A DNA stretch of 64,000 bases from an uncultured bacterium. Its GTDB lineage: Bacteria; Bacillota; Clostridia; Lachnospirales; Lachnospiraceae. The translations under genes were made by a program, and so were the position numbers. Each line of letters begins with the position of its first letter. Positions within the stretch are counted from its first letter, which is position 1. The notes beneath the pieces were generated by a model that saw only the letters and a program-made list of their open reading frames with translations, did no database searches and was not told where the DNA came from. Positions 18,113 through 26,515 of the stretch are shown piece after piece. Location of the stretch: the NCBI GenBank assembly GCA_905215625.1, contig CAJMQQ010000005.1:548-64547 (forward strand). Direction: 5' to 3'.

Positions 18113-19309
18113 ATGAAAACAATTACACGATCAAAGTATTTGGATAGAATCATTGAATTAAATGGAACTCCTGATATTAAGATTATCACTGGTATTCGCC
18201 GTTCGGGTAAATCTAAGCTGATGCAGGCATATATTGAGTATTTGAAAAGCAATTTTGAAAATATCAATATTATTTTTATTGATTTTATGGATTTGGCTTT
18301 TGAGAAAGTAAAAGAGTATCATAATCTCCATGCATATGTGGAAGAACGATATGAAGCTGGGAAAACAAATTATCTCTTTGTAGATGAAGTTCAGATGTGC
18401 CCAAAATTTGAACTGGCGATTAACAGTCTTTATTCCAAAGGAAAATATGATATCTATATAACGGGTTCCAATGCTTTCCTGCTAAGTGCAGATCTGGCAA
18501 CCCTGTTTACGGGACGATATATTGAAATCCATGTATTTCCCTTTAGCTTTCAGGAATATTGTTTGTATTATGAAGACATAAAAGATAAGGATAAACTTTT
18601 TGATGATTATTCTGTCAAAGGCGGTTTGGCGGGTTCTTATGTTTATAGGACGGAAAAGGATAGAACAAATTATATTAAGGAAGTTTATGAAACAATCGTT
18701 ACCAGAGATCTTGTGCAGAAGTACAATTTGCCGGATACATTGGTTTTACAACGCCTAAGCGAGTTTTTGATGGATAATATCAGTAATCTGACTTCCCCTA
18801 ATAGGGTCAGTCAGCTGCTGACAGCAAATGAAACAGCAACGAACCATGTCACAGTTGGCAGATATATCAAGTATCTGTGCAATGCTTTCGTCTTTTATGA
18901 TATTAAGCGTTATGACATTCGTGGAAAGAAATACCTTGAAAGCTCCGAGAAGTTCTATTTGTGCGATCCAGGTATTCGTTATGCTGTTCTTGGTACTAGA
19001 AATATAGATTACGGCAGAGTATATGAGAACATTGTTTGTGTGGAGCTGCTTCGTCGGGGATACGATGTCTATATTGGAAAGCTCTATCAAAAGGAAGTTG
19101 ACTTTGTCGCTCAAAAGGGCAGTGAGAAAATTTATATTCAGGTAAGTGATAATATTTCCGGACAGGAAACCTTTGAACGAGAATGTGCTCCGTTGTTTCA
19201 AATCAGGGATGCTTACCCGAAGATGATTATTGCCAGAACGAAGCATCCGAAATATAGTTATGAGGGTATTGAAATCTGCGATATTGCGGATTGGCTGTTG
19301 CAGGAATAA
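18113..19309 (+). CDS. COG1373-type AAA ATPase (AAA_14 N-domain plus DUF4143-like C-domain)
   Basis: Walker A GIRRSGKS, Walker B YLFVDEVQ, and a C-terminal restriction-endonuclease-like segment ...VELLRRGYDVYIGKLYQKEVDFVAQKGSEKIYIQVS. The region is visibly AT-rich. Confidence 0.8.
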   Translation: MKTITRSKYLDRIIELNGTPDIKIITGIRRSGKSKLMQAYIEYLKSNFENINIIFIDFMDLAFEKVKEYHNLHAYVEERYEAGKTNYLFVDEVQMCPKFELAINSLYSKGKYDIYITGSNAFLLSADLATLFTGRYIEIHVFPFSFQEYCLYYEDIKDKDKLFDDYSVKGGLAGSYVYRTEKDRTNYIKEVYETIVTRDLVQKYNLPDTLVLQRLSEFLMDNISNLTSPNRVSQLLTANETATNHVTVGRYIKYLCNAFVFYDIKRYDIRGKKYLESSEKFYLCDPGIRYAVLGTRNIDYGRVYENIVCVELLRRGYDVYIGKLYQKEVDFVAQKGSEKIYIQVSDNISGQETFERECAPLFQIRDAYPKMIIARTKHPKYSYEGIEICDIADWLLQE

Positions 19310-19436
19310 ATAAAACAATGTAAAAAAGATAAAGATTAATTGCAGCAGGGATTTGAATAGCCGGAGGTACTCCATATATGAATGAAAGAAAACCAAGGAA
19401 ACCAGTCTATATGTTTTTTGATAACGAAGAGAAGAA

Positions 19437-19769
19437 TTGTTGGAACAGGAAGATTATCCAGAACAAGAGTATGTTTTCCTTGAAGATATTTGGAATGAAG
19501 TAAAATTTGTATTGGTAATGAAAGCAAAAGAGATTTTGGAAGACCCTGAGAAAAGAGCAATTTTTTTAGCAAGGGTAAATAGTTTTTGGATAAACAATCT
19601 TGTGCCTGCTGGAAATAAAATTGCTAAAGCGACTAAGTTTGTAAGGGATGTAGGTTATGCTGTCTGGAAAAATGAGCAACCTAAAGCTTTAAGACTTCTG
19701 AAAGAGAGTAAAAAGGAAGAAATATCCTCCTTAAAAAAAATAGTAGTTTCTCTGGCCGGAATATGGTAG
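19437..19769 (+). CDS. Hypothetical small protein (110 aa from a TTG start; the true start is uncertain)
   Basis: Supported by the ORF only; no family recognised. A well-placed RBS plus ATG at 19363-19380 opens a different frame (see findings). Confidence 0.3.
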   Translation: MLEQEDYPEQEYVFLEDIWNEVKFVLVMKAKEILEDPEKRAIFLARVNSFWINNLVPAGNKIAKATKFVRDVGYAVWKNEQPKALRLLKESKKEEISSLKKIVVSLAGIW

Positions 19770-19842
19770 AATAGAGAGAAATACGAAAGACGAACAGCCT
19801 GCTTTCGAGGATTAGTGAACATGGAAAGGAGCAAATTTTAAA

Positions 19843-21048
19843 ATGCAGAAAGAAGGAAAAATGTTTTTATATACGCTTGTAGATTCCGTAGACGCCGTTA
19901 TGGCCAGTATGTGCCGCAGCTTTGGAATCGAAAAGGGACGTAGAACTAATCGGCTGGAACTGAAAAATGGTGATATTACCATGTCAGTTACCGTAATGTG
20001 CACCGATATGGGGGAGGGCGCCCAGGAGCGTATTGTAGAGCAGACCGGACAGTTGTGCGACAGCATTTATGCGGTTAAAACAGAGAACACAGACATTAAG
20101 ATTAATCTGCTGCATCAGATCAGAAGAACCAGAGGAATCGCTTTGATTGAGTATAGTTTCCCAGAAGAAGGAGCAGAGGAAAATCAGAAACTGATTGAAA
20201 CGACCTTCTTTGGAATGCTGGGACGCCTTCAGGCAGTTATGTGGATTCCAGAGCAGGAAGGCATTTACTGCAGCGCAAATGGAAGAAAAGCGTTGCTTCT
20301 TTCATTTGACGGAGAGACAGAGATGGAAGAGTTTATGCCTTATCCGGGAAGACCAATGGTACCAGCAGACAGTATTCATCCAGGACAGATCAAGAGAAGA
20401 GACCAGAGCTGGCAGGTTCTTAGGGAAAAGAGTATTTACGTTCCGATTAACTATCCATTTTTAGAGTCTGGACTTCATACTCAGATCCGCACTCCGCAGG
20501 AGATTGCAGAGCGTGCTGCAGCTCTTTTGATGGTATCGTTATATTCCGAGTGTATGCTCAGTGAAAATCAGACCAGAGATCAGGCATTTGATTTTATTAA
20601 AGATTTAATGGATGAGATGGGAAAAAATGTATTTTCTCCAAATGAGAAAAAATATTTAAAGAGCCGTTCTCCAAGAAAGTCCAGACAAATTGAATTTTCC
20701 TGGCAGTATGAGTGTCTGGCAGTCATGGAATGGGCTTTGGGACTGACTCCGGATCTGGCATTCCCGAATAAGACCTGTGACGTGTCTAAGGCAGTAGAAC
20801 TGTTAAAAGACTGCCACAGCATTGAGGATATTGTAAAGATTTCAAATCCAAGAAGCAAAAAGGAATTATTAGATGCCTGCGACTTAATATTCTGCCTGGA
20901 TTGGGCTTGTACAGATGCCAGAATCCACAAACTTCCTATGCCTGCAGGAATGGATGGAAGCGTTGTTATGGAACGCCACAAAGCATTGAACTGGCTGATT
21001 AACGCCGACAATGCTGCAGACTGGGATGATGTAAAAACCAATACCTGA
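19843..21048 (+). CDS. Hypothetical two-domain protein; the C-terminal half resembles DUF4272 (tentative)
   Basis: 401-aa ORF with host-like composition. The C-terminal segment ...IEFSWQYECLAVMEWALGLTPDLAFPNKTCD... resembles what I recall of DUF4272. The N-terminal ~190 aa is unrecognised. Confidence 0.55.
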   Translation: MQKEGKMFLYTLVDSVDAVMASMCRSFGIEKGRRTNRLELKNGDITMSVTVMCTDMGEGAQERIVEQTGQLCDSIYAVKTENTDIKINLLHQIRRTRGIALIEYSFPEEGAEENQKLIETTFFGMLGRLQAVMWIPEQEGIYCSANGRKALLLSFDGETEMEEFMPYPGRPMVPADSIHPGQIKRRDQSWQVLREKSIYVPINYPFLESGLHTQIRTPQEIAERAAALLMVSLYSECMLSENQTRDQAFDFIKDLMDEMGKNVFSPNEKKYLKSRSPRKSRQIEFSWQYECLAVMEWALGLTPDLAFPNKTCDVSKAVELLKDCHSIEDIVKISNPRSKKELLDACDLIFCLDWACTDARIHKLPMPAGMDGSVVMERHKALNWLINADNAADWDDVKTNT

Positions 21049-21057
21049 TAAAAAACA

Positions 21058-21087
21058 GAGGGAATAGCTCGTTTGAGCCGTTCCCTC
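21058..21087. terminator. Shared hairpin between convergent genes
   Basis: Arms GAGGGAA / TTCCCTC enclosing an inner GCTC/GAGC pairing. It lies between the stop codons at 21048 (+) and 21104 (-). Confidence 0.55.
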
Positions 21088-21103
21088 ATTGTATGAAAGC
21101 GGT

Positions 21104-22468
21104 TTATTTTCCAACAACCCATTTACAGTTCTTTTTGTAGTAAACATATCCCAGAAGGTCAGCCAGAAACCATCCGATTGGAATGGCGATCCAGATGCCG
21201 ATGACGCCGAATGTACCAGCGGTTGCATAGGCTAAAGCTACTCTGGTTCCAAGAGAAACAATGGTCAGAACCAGAGACATTCCAGGTTTTTTAACGGCCC
21301 GATAAAAGCCGTAAAGAAGGAATAAAAATCCAATTCCAATATAAAAGCTGCCTTCTACCCGGAGATACTGGATACCGACTGCCAGCACTTCGGTCTCATG
21401 TGGCTGAACGAAAATCAGCATCAGTTGTCTGGCAAATATACATACCAGAGCAGAGACGGAAAGACAGAATATGGTAACAGTGAGAAGGGCTTTCTTAATG
21501 CCTTCCTGAATGCGCCCATACTCTCCTGCACCGTAATTTTGTGCTGTAAAAGTGGAAAATGCATTGCCAAAATCCTGGACTGGCATATAGGCAAAGGAGT
21601 CGATTTTGACAGCAGCTGCAAAAGCAGCCATAACTGCAGTGCCAAAGCTGTTGACCAGTCCCTGGACCATTAAAATACCAAAATTCATTACTGACTGCTG
21701 CAGGCAGGTCAGGATAGAAAGCTGGGAGATTTCTTTTAAAATAGAGCTGTCCCAGCGCATATGAATCCGTTTTATATGAAATATAGGGCATTTAAAGATG
21801 GTGTAAAGGGCAATGCCGATGCCGGAGATGTACTGGGCGATTACTGTTGCAAGGGCTGCACCTCCGACTCCCATACGGAAGGTAATGACAAACAAAAGAT
21901 CCAGAGCAATATTGACAATGGTGGACACTACCAAAAATAGCAGCGGAACCATAGAATTTCCAATGGAACGGAGCAGGGCAGTAAAGTAGTTATATAAGAA
22001 AACAGCCGCCAGTCCCCAGAAAATAATCCATAAGTATTGCCGCATCATTTCATGGATTTCCACAGGAATATTTAAAAATACAAGAAGAAAATCCATTCCG
22101 GCAAAGACCAGTATATTGATAAGAATGGTAATTGCAGCGATGAAAAGAAACGATAAAAAGGTTCCGGTTTTTAAACGGCCCTCCTCCTTTTTTCCAAAAC
22201 AGATGGAGACAAAAACACCATTTCCCATACTCAGTCCAAGAAGAATGGACGTTAAAAAGGTCATCAGCGTATAGGCAGATCCAACTGCCGCCAGAGCATC
22301 TTTTCCTAAAAATTTCCCGACAATAAAAGTATCAGTAATGTTATAAAATTGCTGCAGAAGATTACCAGCCATCATGGGCAGGGCAAACAAAAGAATGGTT
22401 TTGGTAATGTTTCCGCGTGTGAGATTTTGATTCATGGGTACGTACTTCCTTATCAATGATGGGTTCAT
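21104..22468 (-). CDS. MATE-family efflux transporter
   Basis: 454 aa with 12 predicted TM helices and the N-terminus ...ILLFALPMMAGNLLQQFYNITDTFIVGKFLG typical of MATE/NorM. Confidence 0.9.
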   Translation of the reverse strand: MNPSLIRKYVPMNQNLTRGNITKTILLFALPMMAGNLLQQFYNITDTFIVGKFLGKDALAAVGSAYTLMTFLTSILLGLSMGNGVFVSICFGKKEEGRLKTGTFLSFLFIAAITILINILVFAGMDFLLVFLNIPVEIHEMMRQYLWIIFWGLAAVFLYNYFTALLRSIGNSMVPLLFLVVSTIVNIALDLLFVITFRMGVGGAALATVIAQYISGIGIALYTIFKCPIFHIKRIHMRWDSSILKEISQLSILTCLQQSVMNFGILMVQGLVNSFGTAVMAAFAAAVKIDSFAYMPVQDFGNAFSTFTAQNYGAGEYGRIQEGIKKALLTVTIFCLSVSALVCIFARQLMLIFVQPHETEVLAVGIQYLRVEGSFYIGIGFLFLLYGFYRAVKKPGMSLVLTIVSLGTRVALAYATAGTFGVIGIWIAIPIGWFLADLLGYVYYKKNCKWVVGK

Positions 22469-22591
22469 AGTATTGTAACATAAAAAACAGAAATTAGCCA
22501 GGCAGGAAAATAAGATAGTTGCGGGCTTTTAAAAAGATGATAAAATAGAAGACAGAGTTAGAATAAGATGTAAAAAGGAGAAAATTTTTAT

Positions 22592-23989
22592 ATGACAAAT
22601 GAAGCCAAAGGAATCTGCACATCTGTCCGGACAGTAGAAGAATACAGAGCGACTCTGGAAGGTCTGGCAAAAGAAATCTGGGAATATCCAGAAAGCGGTT
22701 TTAAAGAAAAAATTGCCTGTGAAAAAACTGCAAAGGTCTTAGAAGACGCTGGATTTTTAGTAGAAGTCGGAGTAGGAGGAGTGCCTACTGCCATCCGGGC
22801 AGAGTGGGGATCCGGCCATCCGGTTATTGGATTTTTAGGAGAATACGACGCGCTTCCAGGACTTAGCCAGAAGGTAAGCGGACAGAAAGAACCGGTTATG
22901 GAAGGAGCCTGCGGTCATGGATGCGGCCATAACCTGCTGGGGGCTGCTGCAGCAGGAGGAGCCATTGGAATGAAGGCAGAATTGGAAGAAAAAGGGCTGC
23001 CAGGAACGGTTGTCTTTTATGGCTGTCCTGGAGAAGAACTGCTGTGTGGAAAATCATTTATGGCGAGAGAAGGCTGCTTTTTTGAGCTGGATCTGGCGTT
23101 GACCTGGCATCCAGGATCGATTAATCAGGCCAATATCTCTCTTATGAGCGCTTGCAGCAGTGTAAAATTCCATTATACAGGGGTAACATCTCATGCCGCA
23201 AATGATCCGTGGAACGGACGCAGTGCATTAGATGCAGTCCAGCTGTTAAATATGGCGGCAGAATTTATGAGAGAACACGTAAGCCCCCAGGTGCGTCTGC
23301 ATTATGCGATCTTAAATGGCGGCGGAGCGCCGAATATTGTGCCGGATAAGTCAGGGGTCTGGTACTATGTCAGGGCATTAGACAGAAAAGTAGTAGAAGA
23401 AGTATACAGCCGTCTGGTAAAGGCAGCAGAAGGCGCAGCCATGATGACGGAAACGAAACTGGAAATCGAATATATGGGCGGATGTTATCCAATGGTCGGA
23501 AATGAAGTGTTAGCTGGTGTGATGAGAGAGACCATGGAAGAAATTGGGCAGGAGCCGTGGACAGAAGAAGAAATCGAGTGGGCCAGAGCCATGAATGAGC
23601 CGGTAGAGGTCCAAAGGCAGAATGTGGTAAAAAAGCTGAAACTAGATCCGGACACCCAGTTATTTACGGGAATTGCGCCGGTACAAGAAGGGATTGTTTA
23701 TGCTTCCACAGACGTAGGAGATGTTGCCCATATTGTCCCGACTGCAATGTCAAACTTTGCGACGACAAGCCTTGGAGCACCTGGACACAGCTGGCAGATT
23801 ACTTCTGCATCAGGAGGTTCCATTGGGTTAAAAGGCATGATTTATGCAGCAAAAACGTTGGCAGCAGCAGGTGTGCGCCTGGCAGAAGATCCAGATTTGC
23901 GGGCAAAAGCAAAAGCGGAATTTGATGAAATGATGAATGGGGAAACTTATGTCTGCCCAATTCCAAAAGACATGAAATTACCGCAGTAA
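22592..23989 (+). CDS. M20-family amidohydrolase (AbgB-like)
   Basis: 465 aa with ...GFLGEYDALPGLSQ... and metal-ligand motifs (HGCGHN) characteristic of AbgB-type M20 peptidases. Confidence 0.8.
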   Translation: MTNEAKGICTSVRTVEEYRATLEGLAKEIWEYPESGFKEKIACEKTAKVLEDAGFLVEVGVGGVPTAIRAEWGSGHPVIGFLGEYDALPGLSQKVSGQKEPVMEGACGHGCGHNLLGAAAAGGAIGMKAELEEKGLPGTVVFYGCPGEELLCGKSFMAREGCFFELDLALTWHPGSINQANISLMSACSSVKFHYTGVTSHAANDPWNGRSALDAVQLLNMAAEFMREHVSPQVRLHYAILNGGGAPNIVPDKSGVWYYVRALDRKVVEEVYSRLVKAAEGAAMMTETKLEIEYMGGCYPMVGNEVLAGVMRETMEEIGQEPWTEEEIEWARAMNEPVEVQRQNVVKKLKLDPDTQLFTGIAPVQEGIVYASTDVGDVAHIVPTAMSNFATTSLGAPGHSWQITSASGGSIGLKGMIYAAKTLAAAGVRLAEDPDLRAKAKAEFDEMMNGETYVCPIPKDMKLPQ

Positions 23990-24023
23990 CTTTAAAAAAA
24001 AGGAACTCAATCTTATAAGAGTT

Positions 24024-24049
24024 GGAGCCGGACTGTTATGTCCGGCTCC
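24024..24049. terminator. Bidirectional hairpin terminator between convergent genes
   Basis: Perfect 10-bp stem GGAGCCGGAC / GTCCGGCTCC with a 6-nt loop. Confidence 0.7.
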
Positions 24050-24074
24050 AAATACTTCCCATAAAAATTCTATT

Positions 24075-25397
24075 TTATTCGTTTGATCCGCTGTTCATGG
24101 TCTGTTCGACAATATCATCCATAATCTGACGATTCAGTGCTCCTGGCACATATCCAAAGATCTTTCCATCGGCAGTAATCATAAATGTGGTAGGAAAGGA
24201 GCGGATGCCGAACTGATAGAACCAGAGTCCGGTTTCATCCATTAATACCGGAAACGTGTAGCCGTTTTCTTCCAGAAAGGCGGTAATATGCGCAATGTCT
24301 CCTTCTTTTCCAGAATTGGGGGCGGCCATTCCAAGAACGATCAGATCCTCTGTATTTTCTCCCCAGTCTTCATATAAAGCCTGGATATCCGGCATTTCGG
24401 ACTGACAAGGCGGGCACCAGGTCGCCCAGAAGTTCAAAAATATGGTTTTTCCCTTGTAGTCGGAAAAAGAGTGGGTATTGCCATACTGATCCGTCAGGGT
24501 AACATCTGGTACATCAGGAAGCTCCTGCGTCTGGGCAGAAGAATCGTCTGGAGCCGGTGTTTCAGACGAAGCACCATGGTCGGCAGGGACACTGTTATCA
24601 TCAGGGATACTGCTGTCAGCAGGAGCACTCTCACCAGAAATAACAGTTTCGTTGGTTTGAGGCGCGGCAGGAGGGCCTGCAAGATCTGCGCTGATTCCGC
24701 CAAGCCATCCCGTAAGCATGAGAAAACCCATAAGAATCATCAGAATACCGCCGATTTTTGTGGTATAAGCGACCACGTTCCGGTTCTTTTTGAAAAAATC
24801 TAAAAGTCTGGCAGTAAATAATCCGACCAGAAGAAATGGAATACAAAAACCAGCTGCGTAAACCCCGATTAACAGAAAAGCTGCAGCAGTGTTTCCAGAG
24901 TTGGTAGCCATTAATAAAACAGTCGCTAAGGCGGGACCGACGCATGGCGTCCAGGAAAAACTAAAGGTAAATCCTAAAAGCAGGGCAGAAAGAGGGCCAT
25001 GTCCTAATTTCTCAAATGGGAGAGAAACCCGCTTCTCCGAAGATAGAAAACGGAACCGGAATACCCCTAACTGAAACAGGCCGAAAAGGATAATCAGAAG
25101 GCCGCCGATTCTGGAAATCCATACCTGATAGTCAGAAAAGAAATGCCCCAGCGCATTTGCACCCATGCCTAAGAGGAAGAAGGTAAAGCTGATTCCAATT
25201 ACAAAAAACAACGTATTAAACAGCACTTTTCCCTGACGGTAATGGGTTTCCCCATTTTCGTCTACCGTTTTGGCGCCTAATGAAAGATAGCCAAGGTATA
25301 GGGGAAGAAGGGGAAGAACGCAGGGGGATAAAAAGCTGATGAGTCCCTGAAGAAATACCGTCAGAGCAGAAATATTTGTCTCAATTTGAAAACCCAT
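24075..25397 (-). CDS. CcdA/DsbD-like thiol:disulfide transporter fused to a TlpA/ResA-like thioredoxin domain
   Basis: 440 aa. The N-terminal polytopic domain carries SPCVLPLLP and TPCVGP motifs. A Pro/Ala/Ser/Asp-rich linker follows, then a C-terminal WATWCPPCQSE thioredoxin motif. Confidence 0.85.
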   Translation of the reverse strand: MGFQIETNISALTVFLQGLISFLSPCVLPLLPLYLGYLSLGAKTVDENGETHYRQGKVLFNTLFFVIGISFTFFLLGMGANALGHFFSDYQVWISRIGGLLIILFGLFQLGVFRFRFLSSEKRVSLPFEKLGHGPLSALLLGFTFSFSWTPCVGPALATVLLMATNSGNTAAAFLLIGVYAAGFCIPFLLVGLFTARLLDFFKKNRNVVAYTTKIGGILMILMGFLMLTGWLGGISADLAGPPAAPQTNETVISGESAPADSSIPDDNSVPADHGASSETPAPDDSSAQTQELPDVPDVTLTDQYGNTHSFSDYKGKTIFLNFWATWCPPCQSEMPDIQALYEDWGENTEDLIVLGMAAPNSGKEGDIAHITAFLEENGYTFPVLMDETGLWFYQFGIRSFPTTFMITADGKIFGYVPGALNRQIMDDIVEQTMNSGSNE

Positions 25398-25579
25398 AAA
25401 AAATCCTTTCTATTTGATGAATCTATTTGATTAAAATAGTTGATTTACTCTATCATAAATCAGGAGAAAAGTCTATTTTTTTCTTGGAAACGGAAATTTT
25501 TCAAATACGTTTGACTATGGAAAATGGACGATTTATAATAAAGAAAAACGGGGGTTTTTATCAAAAAGGAGGTTACATT

Positions 25580-26383
25580 ATGGGAGAAATGATTACTTCA
25601 TTTGACGGCATGAAACTGTATTTAAACAAAGAAGTTCCAGAAAACCGGAAGGCTGTAGCAGTTATTGTGCATGGTTTGTGCGAACACCAGGGTAGGTACG
25701 ATTATCTGGCAGGACTGTTCCATGATGCCGGAATCGGAACCTACCGGTTCGACCATCGGGGACATGGCAGATCTGAGGGAGAGAGGACGTACTATTCCGA
25801 TTTTAACGAGCTGTTAGATGATACCAATGTGGTCGTAGATATGGCCATTGCAGAAAATCCGGATGTACCGGTATTTTTGCTGGGACACAGCATGGGCGGC
25901 TTTACAGTTTCCCTATATGGAGTCAAATATCCGGATAAAAAGCTGAAAGGAATCATTACCAGCGGCGCGCTGACCCATGACAACGGCAATTTAATCAGGA
26001 GCGTAGAAAAGGGATTGGATCCTCATACGAAACTTCCAAACCAGCTGGGCGCAGGCGTATGCTCAGTCGCAGAAGTTGTGGACTGGTATGGAAAAGATCC
26101 ATATAATACCCAGACGTTTACCACTGGATTATGTTATGCAATCTGTGATGGACTGGAGTGGTTCAAAGAAAAAGAAGCTGGATTTGCCTATCCGGTACTG
26201 ATGCTTCATGGAGAGAAAGACGGTCTGGTAAGCGTGGAAGACACCTATCAGTTCTTTAAGACCGCGGCATCGGAAGACAAACAGATGAAGATTTACGGCG
26301 GTCTTTTCCATGAAATTTTTAATGAATACTGTAGGGACGAAGTCATTGGAGACGCAGTCTGCTGGATGAAGCAGAGAATTTAA
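25580..26383 (+). CDS. Alpha/beta hydrolase (lysophospholipase/monoacylglycerol-lipase-like)
   Basis: Nucleophile elbow GHSMGG, an HG oxyanion motif (IVHGLCEH) and a C-terminal H in LFHEIF. GGAGG lies 8 nt upstream of the ATG at 25580. The 25427 extension in the ORF track is unlikely. Confidence 0.85.
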   Translation: MGEMITSFDGMKLYLNKEVPENRKAVAVIVHGLCEHQGRYDYLAGLFHDAGIGTYRFDHRGHGRSEGERTYYSDFNELLDDTNVVVDMAIAENPDVPVFLLGHSMGGFTVSLYGVKYPDKKLKGIITSGALTHDNGNLIRSVEKGLDPHTKLPNQLGAGVCSVAEVVDWYGKDPYNTQTFTTGLCYAICDGLEWFKEKEAGFAYPVLMLHGEKDGLVSVEDTYQFFKTAASEDKQMKIYGGLFHEIFNEYCRDEVIGDAVCWMKQRI

Positions 26384-26442
26384 AATTGTATAAAGGGGGG
26401 TGGATACACTCCCTTTTGTTATATTGATCTTCCATACAGATA

Positions 26443-26470
26443 TTGACTAAAATCCCCCTTATGCTATAGT
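26443..26470 (+). promoter_or_regulatory. Sigma-A-like promoter upstream of the EAL gene
   Basis: TTGACT (26443-26448), a 16-nt spacer, then TATAGT (26465-26470). Confidence 0.4.
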
Positions 26471-26515
26471 AAAAGAAAGAGTTTTGCAAAACAAAACAGC
26501 GGGAAAATGGTGACT

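Noticed and set aside
18755-19396. 213-aa minus-strand ORF opposite the AAA ATPase gene. Similar long antisense ORFs occur at 20580-21122, 57469-58035, 11565-12149, 5486-6028 and 34099-34581.
   Set aside because: Each lies fully opposite a gene with clear family motifs. Their translations are compositionally odd and carry no motifs, so they are shadow ORFs.
17901-19810. Similar TTTCGAGG-ending hairpin-like words at about 17911-17936 and 19785-19810, considered as att-like repeats flanking the AT-rich patch
   Set aside because: The shared identity is short (about 8-10 nt) and imperfect, and no integrase or recombinase is present. This is insufficient to call a mobile element boundary.
25427-25579. 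N-terminal 51-codon extension of the alpha/beta hydrolase (TTG start at 25427)
   Set aside because: A strong RBS (GGAGG) precedes the ATG at 25580, and the family N-terminus begins there. The extension is AT-rich promoter-like sequence.
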